From positions 1 to 64,000 of the forward strand of contig CDROCS010000453.1 in NCBI GenBank assembly GCA_977020255.1: 64,000 nt of DNA. Direction: 5' to 3'. The translations under genes were made by a program, and so were the position numbers. The notes beneath the pieces are model-generated. The model was not told the DNA's origin and ran no database searches. It saw only the letters and a list, made by a program, of their open reading frames with translations. The stretch comes from Obrimoposthia wandeli (taxonomy: Eukaryota). This document shows, in pieces, positions 49,419-64,000 of the stretch (position 1 is the stretch's first letter; every line of letters begins with the position of its first letter).

Positions 49419-52400
49419 ATTACATTGGCTACAATTTTAGTTTAAATAAGCAAATGAATAAGTATAAAAATGTATAAATATCTTTAAAATATTAATATAG
49501 AGAACAAATATTTTCTTTACCAAATTGTTTTAGGACATAAAAATGAATTTTAAAATATGGGAAAAATCTGTTATAAAAATAATTATATTTGCTTAAAATG
49601 CCGGATGAACATCGCTGATTATTTACTTACCGATATTAAAAACCAATTTGTGTTCGGTTTCTAAAGCTATTCATCGGGTAGCTTTAAATTGCATAAGAAC
49701 TGTTTCAGCAATTGAAGACAAAATTTACATTGATATAGAAAAAGGAGTTAAATGAAAGTTTCTAGAACATATACACAATAAATAATCCTCATATTTCTTT
49801 CATTTTGGTTTTCAACCGAACATTAACCTTAACGTTTGATGCTAAACTATATTTTGATTTTGTATTACTATTAAAACTTTTTGAAAAATTTCAGTGATTT
49901 TAAATTTCAATAAAATTTTGTAAAAATAGCTTTAAATTAATAAATAAACTATAAAATTAAAATTAAGTATTCCTGCAAATAATTTCATTCTAAAGTTAAA
50001 TAATTAAAATTAATTACGAAAAACAACATTCAAAGGGTTTTATGAATTGGTATTATTGGTATAGCTTTTATACCATATGTTTTGACTAAATTGGCTTTTT
50101 GTATAAATTTATACATTATTTAATATTTTTAATCATTTATTGCAAATGCATTAGTAGTTTAAATTGAAGGAGATTCTTTATTTTAAAAAAAGCTGAGGAG
50201 GTATGAAAAGATGGGTACAATTCACGACAGGGACACAATTTGATATAGTTTAAAATTCAAATTATTGTCAAATGATTTACGTTACGGATCAAAACTGTAG
50301 AGATATTTAGATATCATGTACTATTCAAATTAAATGTTCATTTCAAACTAGGGTCGACGATTTCAAAATAGGTGAAATCAAAAAAAGATAACCCGTTGGG
50401 AAATTAAAAGTTGTGAAAGACGGGTATAACGGGAGATGTACAACAGATGTACATAATTCCTTGTGTAATGAGCTACAAAATATTTGGCCGGAATTAGAGA
50501 GGCGTTTTCAGCACATTGAACGAATCTTAGTTTTTATGTTATTTCCTGTTGTTGAAATTGTCATTGAAGAAATCTCCTTAAATTCATCTTCTAAGTTCAA
50601 TATGCATAGCTTCAATGTGATATTCTAGTGAAAGCTAGAGCTTCTGAAAGTAATTTCTGGGATTTTTTCCACGAAGAACAGTATCTCACCTTGAGATAAA
50701 TAGTTTTTTGTTTGTGAGCAGTTTTTGGATCAATATATTTGAGAAACAGCTTCTTTTCAGATGAAAAGCATTAATTCAAGATACAGAAGCCAAAAAACCG
50801 ACGAAAAAAAATAAAATACTGTCTTCATATGTGCCTTAAGTAACTTTGAACCTTCTTTTTACAAGTTTTCTCAACTTCACCATATCAAACGCAATGAAAA
50901 ACTAGTTTAAAGTTGTAAATTATAGTTTCATGGCTAATTTAGTGGTAATAGAAAAATTAATTTTAGTGTTATATCGTTTTTGTTGTTATTATGTTTTAAG
51001 TTAAATATGAAGTTTGTACTATGGTAGGTCACCAAGGGTTTGTCTCTAAAGTCGAACACCGAGTCAATAATTCCAGCTACCCCTGCCTTCAGTCATTTTA
51101 ATTAAAACGAAAAAAGATGTCGAAACCATTTCTGAACTGACGTTTATTTGACTACTCAATAAGCTAACGAAGCTCATTTAAATAAATTATTTTAACTAAC
51201 TACTTTCTCTTTAGTTAGGATGTCCTGAATGAAAGAAAAAAAGTTTCAAAATTATTTATTTGATAAAGTCGATGTCATTGTTTTATTGTATATATAATTT
51301 TAAGGAATGTTTCTGTTTTTTCAGGAAAATCAGTTGTTTTTAACCCAACGAACTTCCGCTGGGGATTAGCTGGGACATCCCGGATTTTTTTTGTTGTTGA
51401 AATACATTTCCTTACTATGGTGTGCTCAAACTGAAGATTAACAGGGACGCCTTCTATAAATGACGCAATCCACGGTGACTAATGACAAATCCTGGACGTC
51501 TTGCTGAATCTCTGTCGGATACTTTCCAGTGAGTGTTGCTTAAAGACTCAGAGACTGAATCAAGTTTGCTGCAATTTCAAAGACTCTACAGATAATATAC
51601 TGGATCACTTAAAGTTCTGACAAAATTGAACAGTTTCTTACTGCCCAAATCTGTATTGGATTATTGCAAGTCTAAAGATCAAGACGCAAACATGAAGCAA
51701 AACAAAAGCATGACTCAGAATATTTTAAATTCAATTTAATATGAATATTACTAATTGGGATTACATGTAATTTCTTTTAAAGTTTATTATTTCTTTTTTA
51801 TTTACCTAATTCGTTAAAAACATTTTCGAATGATAGTAGTTCAATCAAAAAAAACAAGGTATAACTTCTCAGACTGAAAATTCATATTCCTTCTAAAAAC
51901 TTCAAAATCACTAAAAATAAACTTTATCAAATAATTTATTTGGTTGAAAATTACCTGTTCATTAAAGTAGTATCAGGAGAGTATGGAGATACTAAGTAGC
52001 TACACTCCGTTGAAATGCAACCAAGTGCAAGAAAACTGAAAATTGATCAAAAACAAAAAGTTACAAATATCTAAGGAATATGAAAATGTTATGAAAATGG
52101 TTTCTGTGATATCATCTTTTTGCATTATACATTACAAGTTACTCAAGGAGTCATAAATATTAGCCAGACGCCTACATTATTATTGTTTTCGATGAAAGTC
52201 TTTGTATCCAGTCTAATAGTCTATTATCTATAATGTAACCAGACATTTATTAGAAAAATCTACTAATGATTTAAACCAATAACAATTATTATTTTTAAAA
52301 TACATTTGCCCTATTTAAAATACCAATCAGGGAGCCAATTTTAACTTTATGAAATTCCCGTATTCGTTTTAAATTGTTCTCAAATAAATATACATATCTC

Positions 52401-55400
52401 TAAAATGTTTTCTCTGAAATAGGATCTTATTAGATTATTGACCCCTTGATGTTTTTTTGCATTACAATTTATTTATTCAAATTTTTCATTTAATTTCATT
52501 TATATTTGACTAATTTTATGATAAAGTGATTGACTTTTAGAAAGTATGAGAAATTTTGACAGACCGTTTCGAAATCGTTTGAAAGTGAATCTGGATTTGA
52601 GTATTTTTCCTGTCTGCATTACTATTATTTGAATCACAGTGGGCCACCCATAAATTGCCATATTATTCCTATTTCAAATTCAATTAAGTTCAGCAGAAAA
52701 ATCTCTATATCTCTCTCTCTCTCGAAATGCTTTTGCTGTCGATCCATCCATGTCTATGCCGAAGCATGCTCTTCATCAGCATCTCATCACGAAGATCACA
52801 GCAGGCTACAAAATGATCTCTGATGTTGCCTGATAACTGTAATCACCATCGAGCCGCTCGGTGCTAGATAATTGATACTCGTCTATCTTCTCCCTGTCGC
52901 TCTGTTCGATACCCTTCTTCCGTTTCATTTAATCGAATGCATCACCAGACGAAATCTCTTTCTATCTCTGTGCATTATTCTCTATAGAGAGAAAGATACA
53001 GAAAGCGAGAGAGATGCGCTAGAACGTCAACTCACCTGAGTAACTTCCCTCATTCCACACAAATACCAATACATACATACACGGGATTCCCACAACACAC
53101 TCAGGAACAACCATACAAAGACAAAGAAACAGAATTTCTCAAGTCTTTCATCTTTTGTTTTATCCACCCTCTCTAGACAGGTAGTAGAAGAAGATGAAGA
53201 CTCCTCTTTGTGGCAGATTAGATTTCTACAGATCCAGCTGATAATTATCATTACTATAGCCAGTACTACTTTCCACTTCCATCCAGCTTGTCTCTCTTCT
53301 ACCTCTCTCTAGCTTGCTCTTTCTATTTTCGTTTTGCTTTGCTCATTGTATGAAAAAACCAAATTGTTGTTTAGCTCAGACGATTTGATTTGGCTATAAA
53401 TAAGCTTCATATTTTCTAAAGCACTCTTTAATAGAGAATTCTCACAGTTTTGCTAAATTCAATTTAACCAATTGAGGGCCTCGAAAGAAAATTATGTTGT
53501 CTCCAAAGTTATTTACTTTTAAATATAACAATACCAATAATATAATTTATATACGTCTAATATCCTATAAGCCTGATTTACTACTCCAAATTGCGTACTG
53601 TTTTCCATTTTTCTTTGTAATATTTGCTGAATTGTAAAAGTTTATTTGAGTATTTCTTAACTAATCTCCTAATATGCATATAGATGAACGCATGTCCATT
53701 ACTCGAAAATATCTGGGCTCTGTGAGAAAATACATGTTTCGATATTAAGTTGAACCATGAACTCAATTCAGGCTTTGATCAGCAGCCAATGCAGCTTCAT
53801 TCAATGTACACTTGTACTAGCACTTTTCTTTAATTTCAATATATTTCTGACGGCTTTGTTTAAAAGTATTTGAAATCAATAAAGGTGACATAAAAAATGC
53901 AGTTAACTTTTGAAAAGAAAAATTTTAGATTTAATAGAATTTTATAAACTATCAAAATAATAAAAATTATTTTAGATAATAGTTTTATGATAATACTTTA
54001 TAATAAACATTATTCTGAAATTAAATAAAACCCGAACTCGAACTTTCAATAAGAAGAACTTAACCAATATTTATTAAATTTTCCAGATATGTCCAAAAGA
54101 TTATAAAATACAAATATTCAACAATAAACACAGATTCATTTATTTGTTTGTTGACATTATTACATAATATTTTCAAATTGTTTTTATAGCACCCATAAGA
54201 GTATATTTTATACTTGTTCAACTAATTATTTACAATCAGCAAAAACACCATACTCATAAAATACAATTAAAATTGGTTTTTAACAGTAAGAAATTGTTAA
54301 ATATGCTACAAAGGTTTCCAGTAATTTTTTTTTGGCTGAGGTTTCAAAAAAGATGATTCAATTATACTATATTTTTTAGAATGGGAACATATCTCCGGTT
54401 GACCATTAAATAATATTTTCGGTACAGATATTTTGATTTGCTCTATAATCCAATACAGATTTTGTAGAAACTGGTAAAGTGTGCTGGAACTTAAATTATC
54501 AATCGCTTGAATTTGAACAAACTTGTCAAACGTTTTAAGGCATTTTGAGCAGTAGTACATTTGCATTTTTTAATGAAAAACTAAAGTTAAATTTCTAGAA
54601 TTTCATTTTTACGCCAATTTTAACAACTCCTTTTAGCATAAGCAACTGAAAATAAAATTCGGTGATTAAAAGGAAAAGAAAGCAAATATATTTATTTTAA
54701 AGCCATTTAATCACCTTCTCGACGAACATACTTTACAATACATCAAGCGAATAAAATGGCACAAATTAGATAGCTGCAACAAAATTGTCTTTTGCGGTTT
54801 CTTATTTTACCATTTCAGAATTAATCATCACAGAAGTTTCTGATGCTGATTGAGTCGATTTAATTGATTTCACCACCCACTTTTCACTAAATTGGCAAAT
54901 GAGTGCGCTCGGATTTAATTGGCATTTGCAGATGCTTTAGGTAGATGAAACGTGAATTAAATTTAATTTTACAAAGTTATTCAATGCCAATAAGTCAAAG
55001 ATTATGTGAATATCAATTCATTCAATATTTGTTAACGTTCCACGACTATTTTCATCTTTGGCGGATGGCCTTGACATCATTGACATAAACAAACTGTCTC
55101 AACTCTAAAAATAAATCCAAAATTGTTGTGAAATTAGAGGTCATGTGCATTTTTTATAAGTTACTAAGGTTTTATAATTTATAAGTTAAAGCTTGTTTAT
55201 GTGCATATAATAATCAACCCAATGCTTCAATTTAAGAGCAGAAATAGTATGGCATCATATATTAATACAATACATTAATCCTCAAATTAGAGTACGTTTC
55301 TAAATCATTTCCCTATCAAACCTTTTACCATTCACTTTAAATTTAAATCTACTCTATTTAAAATATATTTAATAATTTTGTTTATGTGACAATTAATCGA

Positions 55401-58400
55401 TAAAGTAACATTCAAAATATTTCCCTAGAACTTAGAAAGACAGTAATAAGGATATTATGCCAAAAATAACTAAACATTCATAATTTGCAGAAACCTTACT
55501 ACATTCTTCAATAAATGCCAAGCGACTTATGTTAACACTGAGAAATACAAAGTTACGTAAATGAGAATTTTTCAGATAATTTTCTTTCCAAGTCTGATTT
55601 TCTTTATTTTAGTTAGTTTCAGTAACATATATTCTATCACAAAAATTAAACAATCTCGTCCATTAAATGCAAATAAAATGGTTGTAGTAAACAGAGAAAA
55701 ATAATTCATTTCAAGGACTTACCATTTCTCCAGTCTTGAAAATATTGAAATCTCTCTTGAGACGAACTTTTGAGTTTTGAATGATTGTCAGAACTAAATC
55801 TCGTGGTTTCTGGGGAATATGACTTTGAATACTTTAATCGTATTCCTCAGTTAATAAAGATATTGTACTTTTAAATCAATGAGAATAAATAGAAATATTC
55901 TGTAGTCAGATTAATTTGCCCTCGATATATACTGGGTGACATTAATTTACTTTTGCTTTGTAGACCATCCAAGGCAGTTGCTTAATTTTTAATTGTGGAA
56001 TATAAAGTGGCCACTGGAGTTAGAAACTTATTTATATTTTTTATACTTAATTTAGTTTTTAAATATATCTGCTAATCTATGCTGTCCTATCAACAGAATT
56101 CAGTGATAATTTATGTTAATGAAAACATTTATCATTTATATGTCATTTTGTTTAATATTTATTAAGCATGTTTTATTACTATAATAAAATATACTAACTA
56201 TAATATAAAAATCGTACTTTAATTTTTGATTTTATAAAGCAAATTAAATAGAACTAATTAAATGTTTTCTGATAAATTAAAATCTCACTAACTTTTGATA
56301 ATATTTTTAAAATGTTGTGTGATATTCTTGTGTAAAATTGTGAAAAAATATCAAAAAGTGGGAAAATTCATTACATAATATTTGCTCAAGAATAAGAGAA
56401 AGAAAGTTCCATTATCTTGACTTAGTAGTGGGAAAATGTTTCAATTAAAACAAAACGTCGTCTTTATCGACAAAATTCATAAAAGATTGTTTTGCTATCA
56501 AGTTTATGATCAAATTTAACCATAAACCAGTATTATTCATATTACTCACTACAGTAATCATGCACAGTCCTAGATCCAATATAATACATTTCACAGAATT
56601 GTGAATTGTTAAATTGTAAGAAAGCAGACTACGGAATTAGTAATGTAGGTTTATAATATGCAGAATACGTTTAGTACCGTTTTTTGCATAAAAACACTAA
56701 TGAACATTTGTCACATATCTCTCTTATAATTAACTACATTTAACGACAGCTGAAATTAGTGAAAGAAAAATAAAAATGCAATAATAACAGTAGAAACACA
56801 ATGCTAGCAGACAAATATTTGAAACAGAAATGGTTAGGCTATATAAAAATACGCAGACGATGAAAATAATTGTTGTGAGTGGTAATTAATCAGTATTTTT
56901 AAGACAATAAACAACATAAAATTCGTAAAATTTAATTTGAATACGAATTTGTTAACAAACAAGGTTATCAGAAGTGTGAATTATTTTACGAACTATACGT
57001 AGAATTATCTATCATAAAAATATTGTTTTTATTCATTTTAAACTTTCATTGAAGAGCAATAGAAAAATAATTTATGTTTTATAAGACCATAAAGGATGAT
57101 TTTTTAATATTTTTCTAACCTGAATTCAAAAATGTAACTCATATTTAGATATGACATCAGCATTTTTATAAACTGTCAGCACAAAATTATAAATAAACAC
57201 AAAAATATACAAAAAGATACACAAAATGCAGAAAGAGACTGTAATATAAATAAATATGTATATGCTGGTGTAGTTCCTATGACAAATTTACATTGATTAT
57301 TGACAGCTTATAATTAAGCGACACCTGTATGTTACTTCAGTCCTACCAATTCATCAAAAATGCATATAAAATCATATACTTTTCACACCCTTCCTTTGGG
57401 AATTTTAAATTGACTGTTTCAATGATGGCTTACACCATGGTGATAAATTAAACCATACAAAAGTCAATCTTACAGTTACAATAGGTATCACTCCTCAAAA
57501 ACATCTCCAACTGTGTTTTTTATTACAAAAATCAAAATGTAATAGCAAAAAATTAAAATATTTTTGAAATTAGTATAAAAATGCTTAAAACATTATAATG
57601 AATTTTTAAAAAAAGAAAATCACGTACAGTCGAGTTATTTATAGATAATTAAAATCTTACTTTAAAATTATACTTAATAAAGCTTTAAGATTATTATTTC
57701 CACAACAAAAAGAACCTTACATCATATCTTATAAAACAACATTAACTATCGATAAAAGCTTTTAAAACATACTTTTAATAAGTCAACCTTCATTATAAGA
57801 ATGTTAACACATATAAAAACGAGGCTGAAAAATTAAATATTTTAGAAATACTACGAAGAGTTTCTATATATTTATAATCAAATTAAAGGAGTTTCTATAT
57901 GAAAGTATGAAACTCCTGTGGAGATTCTGGAGATTTATAAATATATCTTATCTAATAATATAGCAATCTTTGAAACTGTAATATGCATCTGCACCAGTAA
58001 TATTATGGGATACATTTTAGAGGAAGTTTTATGGTTAGAAGGCTTCACTCTCCCGACTTGTAAGGTTAAAATGATAACGAAATCATAATGAAACGTCTAT
58101 TTAGTTACCATATGGACAGCTGCACGCATTTGTATCCCTAATATCAGTCTATTTGGTTTGTAGAATTGCTAGACATCGTAATATAAAGAGAAAACTAAGC
58201 TCGAGTCACGTAATAATAATTTCTAGATTGTTCGATATTTATTCACCTGGAACTTGTTTTATGTAAATAGAACAGTAACATAAATAGTTGTGTTCATTAG
58301 GCTGCATTTTGCATAGTTCTAATTGAATTTGTTCTCCGGAAAAATTCACTTGGGTATCCATAATTGGTCTAAAATCGATCTGTAACTCTTCTATGACTCA

Positions 58401-59059
58401 CCACGACATTCTGACCAACTCAGATGTCTGTGAATCACATCTAGTTCTGCCTCGTGCAGTTTGCCAGATGTCCTCTCTGTTACGGTCCCCAATATCTACT
58501 CAATCACACACTCACACACACTTTCTACGAGCTTAAGAAGAACTCCTGTAAACTACTTGGACGTTTCATTTTACAATTTTCCCTCAGATTTTGATTGACG
58601 TTGAGTCTTATTAATTTTGAGAATCTCCCTTTACAGAATCATCCAGTTCTTCATCTACCACGTATTCTAGCAACTCCCAATAGGATTAACTTAGGTCAAT
58701 CTTAATACCTCTGGCATAAAGATTACAAACCAATTTGTTTTTCATTGCATTAAAATTTTGGTGAGTAATTATACAATAATATTTTATATTTCACTTTCAA
58801 ATAAACTTTACCAAAGGAAATCCCTGTTAAGATTTCTCAAAGATATACTGTGGTTTTACATTTTTACCTGCAATATCAGTGCTGCACAACTCAAAAATGA
58901 CAAGGACCATAAAAAATTAAAGAAAATTGTGAGGGCCGGAAGATTATATACCCAAATGAGAATGTATAATTTTCAAGAAAACAACAAATAAGTAATTTAA
59001 ATTCGTATATTAATAATATTAAATGAAAAATATTTCATCTAATTTTGTTAAGATGCATA

Positions 59060-60620
59060 TCGCATTCGGGTGTCATTTTTGATGAAGAAGTTTTCAAAAT
59101 CTCTTTTAAGAGTCGATATTTGTTTTATTTAAATCAAAATTTATGACGGGGAATGTCTGCTCACATATGTAAGTGTTGCCATAAACGAAGAACATTTTCA
59201 TTGTGAGATCTATGATATTTTTGTACTTTTCACCAAATTTTTTTGTTGTAGAAATCCTTTAAGTTTCTTTCTCAGTGCTTATTTCGGTACACTACTAAAC
59301 AATGCAGTTCAATAATTTCCAACTATAACTCAAGTGGTAGTAGCTCTGAATGAACAGAAAAAGGTTATTAAACTAGTTTTTATTTTATGTCTTCCTCATA
59401 TGTATTTTTCCAAAATTTTCATTCATTAAATCAAGTTGTTTAGTATAGTTTTTTGTGCTTTTGCTATGGAATATGTAAACCACAAGTGGGAAACTGAGAT
59501 ATTTTGCCATTCAACAACTTATGCCTAAAAAGATTCAATTTTGTTTTAAAACTATTTACTGCGACAAACATTTTAAATGGAAGTTGGTTCTTCCCTTGAA
59601 GCTGAATATTTAAATCAATCAGATGTTTTGTAATATAATAAAAGATCATAATTCCACGCTTCTTTTTTCACCCCAAGGAAGTTTTGTGGTTATTTTTCAA
59701 GGAAATTTGATATTTCATCTTTTAAGATGACAAAATGAAGGAGCTCTCGTATAAGACTCAGCCATCTCACTCCGTATGGTAGAGTAAGTTGGTGTACTCT
59801 GCATCTACCTCTTCAAGAAAAGCCCTAAAAGCCCTATGTTTGAGTCCACTTTATCGGATTTAATTTACAATGGAAACTACCACCTTCACTACAAGTTAAA
59901 AATGTAAGACTTTGATACATATAATATAGACGTTGATAATATCGTGATGTATGATTCTTTTTCTCTCGATAAATTTCTCAAGAAGTGTAACTATACCAAT
60001 AAAGTTTCCCCGAACATTGTCCGGCACCATCTGTACAAATTGCTACAAGTTTAGTAAAATCAAACTCACATTTTCCAGTCATTTCTCCTTTCATTGAGGA
60101 TCTCTTTCCATGTAATACATCTTGACATGGAGCACAAATCAGCACAAACCCTTCTAATAAAAACGAGTGTGCTGTTATTCATATACAGAGAAAAAACGGA
60201 ATTCTCAAGTTTTCTGCTTTAATTGATTACTGAGTTTTGAGGAAATGTCAGCTATTCTTCTCTGTATTGTCATTCTTGATAAACTGATAATCTCAAATAA
60301 TATCTTTTTTCAGGACATAATCCAGGAACAGCTGTTAGCTTACACTTCTTTACATACACACATTATGTAAAAGATTTCCCAGCAGCAGTAATTTCCCTTG
60401 AAATTTGTAAGGCTATCTTGGTAGCTGTTTTATTTTCCGTAGTAATGTTCTTGAAAATTTGCTGTTCTCAACTTATAGTTGTGTTTAAACTATCCGCTAT
60501 GATTTTCATACAATTTGACGAGAAATGGTATGTTTGGTTTCAAATTGTCGGCGATGCTTTTATTCCTTTGCTACTGCTATCGTTTCACGACATACAATAC
60601 AAATTATTTTATGTTTGAAT
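59060..60620 (-). mobile_element. hAT transposase relic (Charlie/Buster, GTF2IRD2-like)
   Basis: LVAICTDGAG (~60040), ITKHLIDLNIQLQGKNQ...VNSFKTKLNLF...FP (59464-59649) and GNTYICEQTF (~59170). Confidence 0.8.
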
Positions 60621-61699
60621 ATTGTAAATATATGTTTGTTCGTCAATTTGGAGTTGAAAAAAAAATTTCGTTTTGAAATTTATTCAAATTCAAATTAATA
60701 TTTGTAAAAAAATAATATTCAACTTGAAATATAAATTTTAGGTAATTTCTTATTTTTTTATTTCTGATATATATTTTGGATATGACAGATAACTGCTGAA
60801 ATAATTCATATACTTTAATTTTTGTTATTTTGTTAACAAATGTAATGATAAATATTTACTAAGGAGCTCAAAGGATAAAGGATATAATTAAAAATAGACT
60901 ATTGTAAAATAAAATATACTGAAATTAATATGCATAAATAGCCGACCGATCATTAGACTATTTTTTTCTCTAAAGTTAACATTTATGATAAAAAATCTAT
61001 TGAACTACATTGCTTCCAAAACATGACAAAAATTAAATATTTTTTCTATACGAGATGAAACAACGAAGCAAGTGTTTAACAAACAAAATGCAATTTAACG
61101 ACAACAAACATTTACAAATTGTCTTCAATTGCACTTACAAGAGCTTCAAATTGTATATTCAATCATTTGATGGAGAAGTTCTTTAATGAGCTTGAAATTC
61201 TTAGCTAGAGTTCCTCTATTAATTAAAATGGTTGCTCAAATACAACAGTCCGATTGGAATCACTCCCTCTTGATCTGCACAACACATTCAATGTTCCATT
61301 TACTGTAAATCCTGCTATATCAGATCAGAAATCCAAATGGTTCAAATCCAAAATTGTTAGAATAAACTTCCAATCGATTTTCATGATAATGTCCAACAAA
61401 TCCTGCAGTACATGAATTTTTATTGAGCCTCCACTTACCAGATTATAACACATTGAGACGTGAGTTATGGTGTATTGTATTCTTCATTTAATTTAATTCA
61501 GACAATTTATATTGTGCTGTTAATATCCTCAAATTGTTGTTGAAAAAGCTAAAATGAATTTAAATATATTTCTGTACAATTAAAATTATTTTCTCTATTA
61601 TTTTTCCTTCAAAACCTGAACTCTTACATTAACACATTTGATTTAAATAATATAAAATCATTTCGGTGTAATTCTAATCACAGTATTGCTTATTTAGTA

Positions 61700-62200
61700 T
61701 GATATCTTTGGAAACCGCTTATGTCAGGACGAAGACAAATAAAATATGTACATTTGAAGCATTTCATTTGCAATGTCCCACACCATCAATACATACGTGA
61801 TAGGTGGCTTCTTCTGCATATAACGATATTTTGTTGGTGGTTTATCATCTAAACCTCCATTGGCGGGATGATCACGTCGAAGAGGTACCCTTGGATGGCT
61901 TTGTTTTATCAGTAAGTAATATTGCTGTTGTGAACTTTAGGAGATCCATTTGCTTCCTGTTTGGTGTTTTCAAAGCCTTTTTCATTAATCCAAGTATTGA
62001 CTATGCGAAGGTTGAATCCCACAAACAAAGTATTCCATTTCACAGTTTTGTTATTATGTCTTTAGATAATTCTGGACAAATCAAACAAGTTGATATCACC
62101 ATTGAAATAATTATATTCTTTCACTGTTGCTGGGCAAAACACGATCAGCTTTGTTTTGTTGCATTTTGTTATCTACTTCTAAAAGAAACAATAAAACATT
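61700..62200 (-). mobile_element. piggyBac transposase C-terminal relic
   Basis: PATVKEYNYFNGDINLFD....(Y)...KTVKWNTLF.....IVNTWI matches PxxxxxYNxxMGGVDxxD...KWxxxLF...NAWI. The DGVGH motif precedes the Cys-rich tail. Confidence 0.7.
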
Positions 62201-63699
62201 TACATTATGTATTATAAATTATAATTGCTTTTAAAAAGTAATATTTATAATATATATGCTATTATACATTGTTGGTATTATCGAAAAGAACATTACAAAC
62301 GTATAAGATAACTTTTTAGGTAATCGTAAGTCATGGCACATTAGTTGTAAGTCTTATAAATCTTATAAAAAAATTACAACAAAAATCTACTTACAAATTG
62401 TGATCTTTACATGTGATACCAAAATTATAAATAATTTCTACAATTATTAATAAAACGAAAAATAAAAAAGCATATGTTTGCTCGAATGTGATAATGAATC
62501 ATTGGAATTTTAAGAATTAAAATTGTATGTGTAACAATATATATTAAGTATGAAACATACCTGCTAACAGTTTCCTATATAAAAATAAATGCATTTGAAT
62601 TTTGCATTTCTGAAATATTTATAAAAAGTATCTTCCTCCTCGCCAATGGAAACATAATTTAGTTGTCTTAAGACATTAAAATTGTTTCTCGATAGAAAAC
62701 ATAAGTGCATTTACAATTGTGAACTAAATATAATATTTTTAGTTTAATTTCACTTTTACATTAACATCGAACCTACGTGAAATATAAAAAAGTTTACTTT
62801 TTCATAATATATCATAAAACATACATGAAGAAGAAAAGTTCTGTTCATTATTATTTATTACTTAAATATAAAAGAAAAGGACAAAAGGACAATATTTGAG
62901 TGTTGTATTGACGCGTTGTGCAACAGTTCCTTTTAATCTAGAACTTCTAGCTTCAATATCTTTCCTGTCCAAAGCCACAATATTTCCTGTAGATAATGAT
63001 TTCTGCCTCGTTGTTCTCCCAAACAAATTATTTGTAGAAATAGCTTTCAATTAAAATATTACCTAATATTTGCAATTTTTATTGTTTCCTTTCAGAATAC
63101 ATTAAAAATAAGTTTTACATAAATTGACTACGGAAGTTTTAACAATTGAAATTCTAAATTAAATATAAATTTTAAAAAATGAAAAACTTTTCCAAGTTTG
63201 TAATTTTTTAAATATATTTTCATTTATTTAATGTTTTGATAACATTTTGAAAACATAAAATGAGATTAAATATATTTCATTTAACTAATCAGAATATGTT
63301 TTGTTAATATAATTTTATTTGTTTAACTTTATGAATTAACGAGAGAATAATCCCATTAAGTATATTTAATACTAATTATTTTAATAAAATGAAATTGAAG
63401 ATGAATTATTAATTTTAGTTATATGTATGAACAAAAATAGAATTAAATACATATATACTATATACATAATTGTAGAAAATAAATTTTTCAAAACCAGTTT
63501 TGTATGAATTTTAAAGTATTTAAGGGCATTTAAACAAACTTAATTTGATCTTTTAATTCAAAATTTCTCAGTTTCTACAGGTATTTAGCAGACCTGAATG
63601 ATAAAAATTATATCTTATAAATGCTTAACTATTTCATTTGAATCTGCACTAGTAGGTGGATGTGTCCGGTCTAATCCATCCCCCTCACCCCTCCCTGTA

Positions 63700-63895
63700 T
63701 GGGGGGCTACCACTGTCCCTTAAAACCGTGCATGTGTGTGGAGTGAAATTTCGTGTATGTGTGTGGAGTGAAATTTTGTGCATGTGTGTAGTGAAATTTT
63801 AAAAAAAATGAAAAAGCAACGAATTGGGGTGAGGCTACCACTGTCCTTTAAAACCGTGCATGTGTGTGTAGTGAAATTTCGTGCATGTGTGTCCA
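63700..63895. repeat. Subterminal tandem repeats of a probable DNA transposon end
   Basis: GTGCATGTGTGTG(G)AGTGAAATTT(C/T) units x5 and GGCTACCACTGTCC(C/T)TTAAAACC x2. An hAT-like end CGCGGGCCTG lies at 63951-63960. Confidence 0.6.
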
Positions 63896-64000
63896 TTTCA
63901 CCGATTTTTTATCTCGCAACACTGTATATATGTATTGCTCGTCAGGTTACCGCGGGCCTGAAGGGTACGCCTTGACCCTTAGATGGCCTCTCAGGCACTT

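Noticed and set aside
58381-58727. Possible solo LTR (TGTAA...TTACA)
   Set aside because: No target-site duplication and no second copy, so it is unsupported.

Overview
AT-rich animal (probably invertebrate) genomic DNA; the host species cannot be named from sequence alone. The right two-thirds hold the first four coding exons of a plus-strand TRIM9/TRIM67-type gene (split RING, B-box1, B-box2, start of the coiled coil). Its introns are long and packed with TE relics: mariner, CR1/L2 LINEs, a SINE, Tc1-superfamily elements, a PIF1 helicase/Helitron piece, BEL gag, hAT, piggyBac and MITEs. There is a 795-nt assembly gap. The standout is a decayed ~13 kb minus-strand Ty3/gypsy element at ~2155-15360 with an unusual architecture. 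In order it carries Gag (3 CCHC knuckles) fused in frame to a signal peptide and a chuvirus/gB-like class III fusion glycoprotein, then a TM segment, protease, RT, RNase H and integrase. These are followed by a second signal-peptide/FN3-like/TM protein, a coiled-coil ORF and a REXO4/ISG20-like DEDDh exonuclease. The putative 3' LTR carries a canonical antisense hammerhead ribozyme. A Tc1 transposon with ~220-bp TIRs has inserted at the YIDD motif of the RT. No matching 5' LTR was found in the window. All domain calls come from manual translation and motif recall, not database searches.
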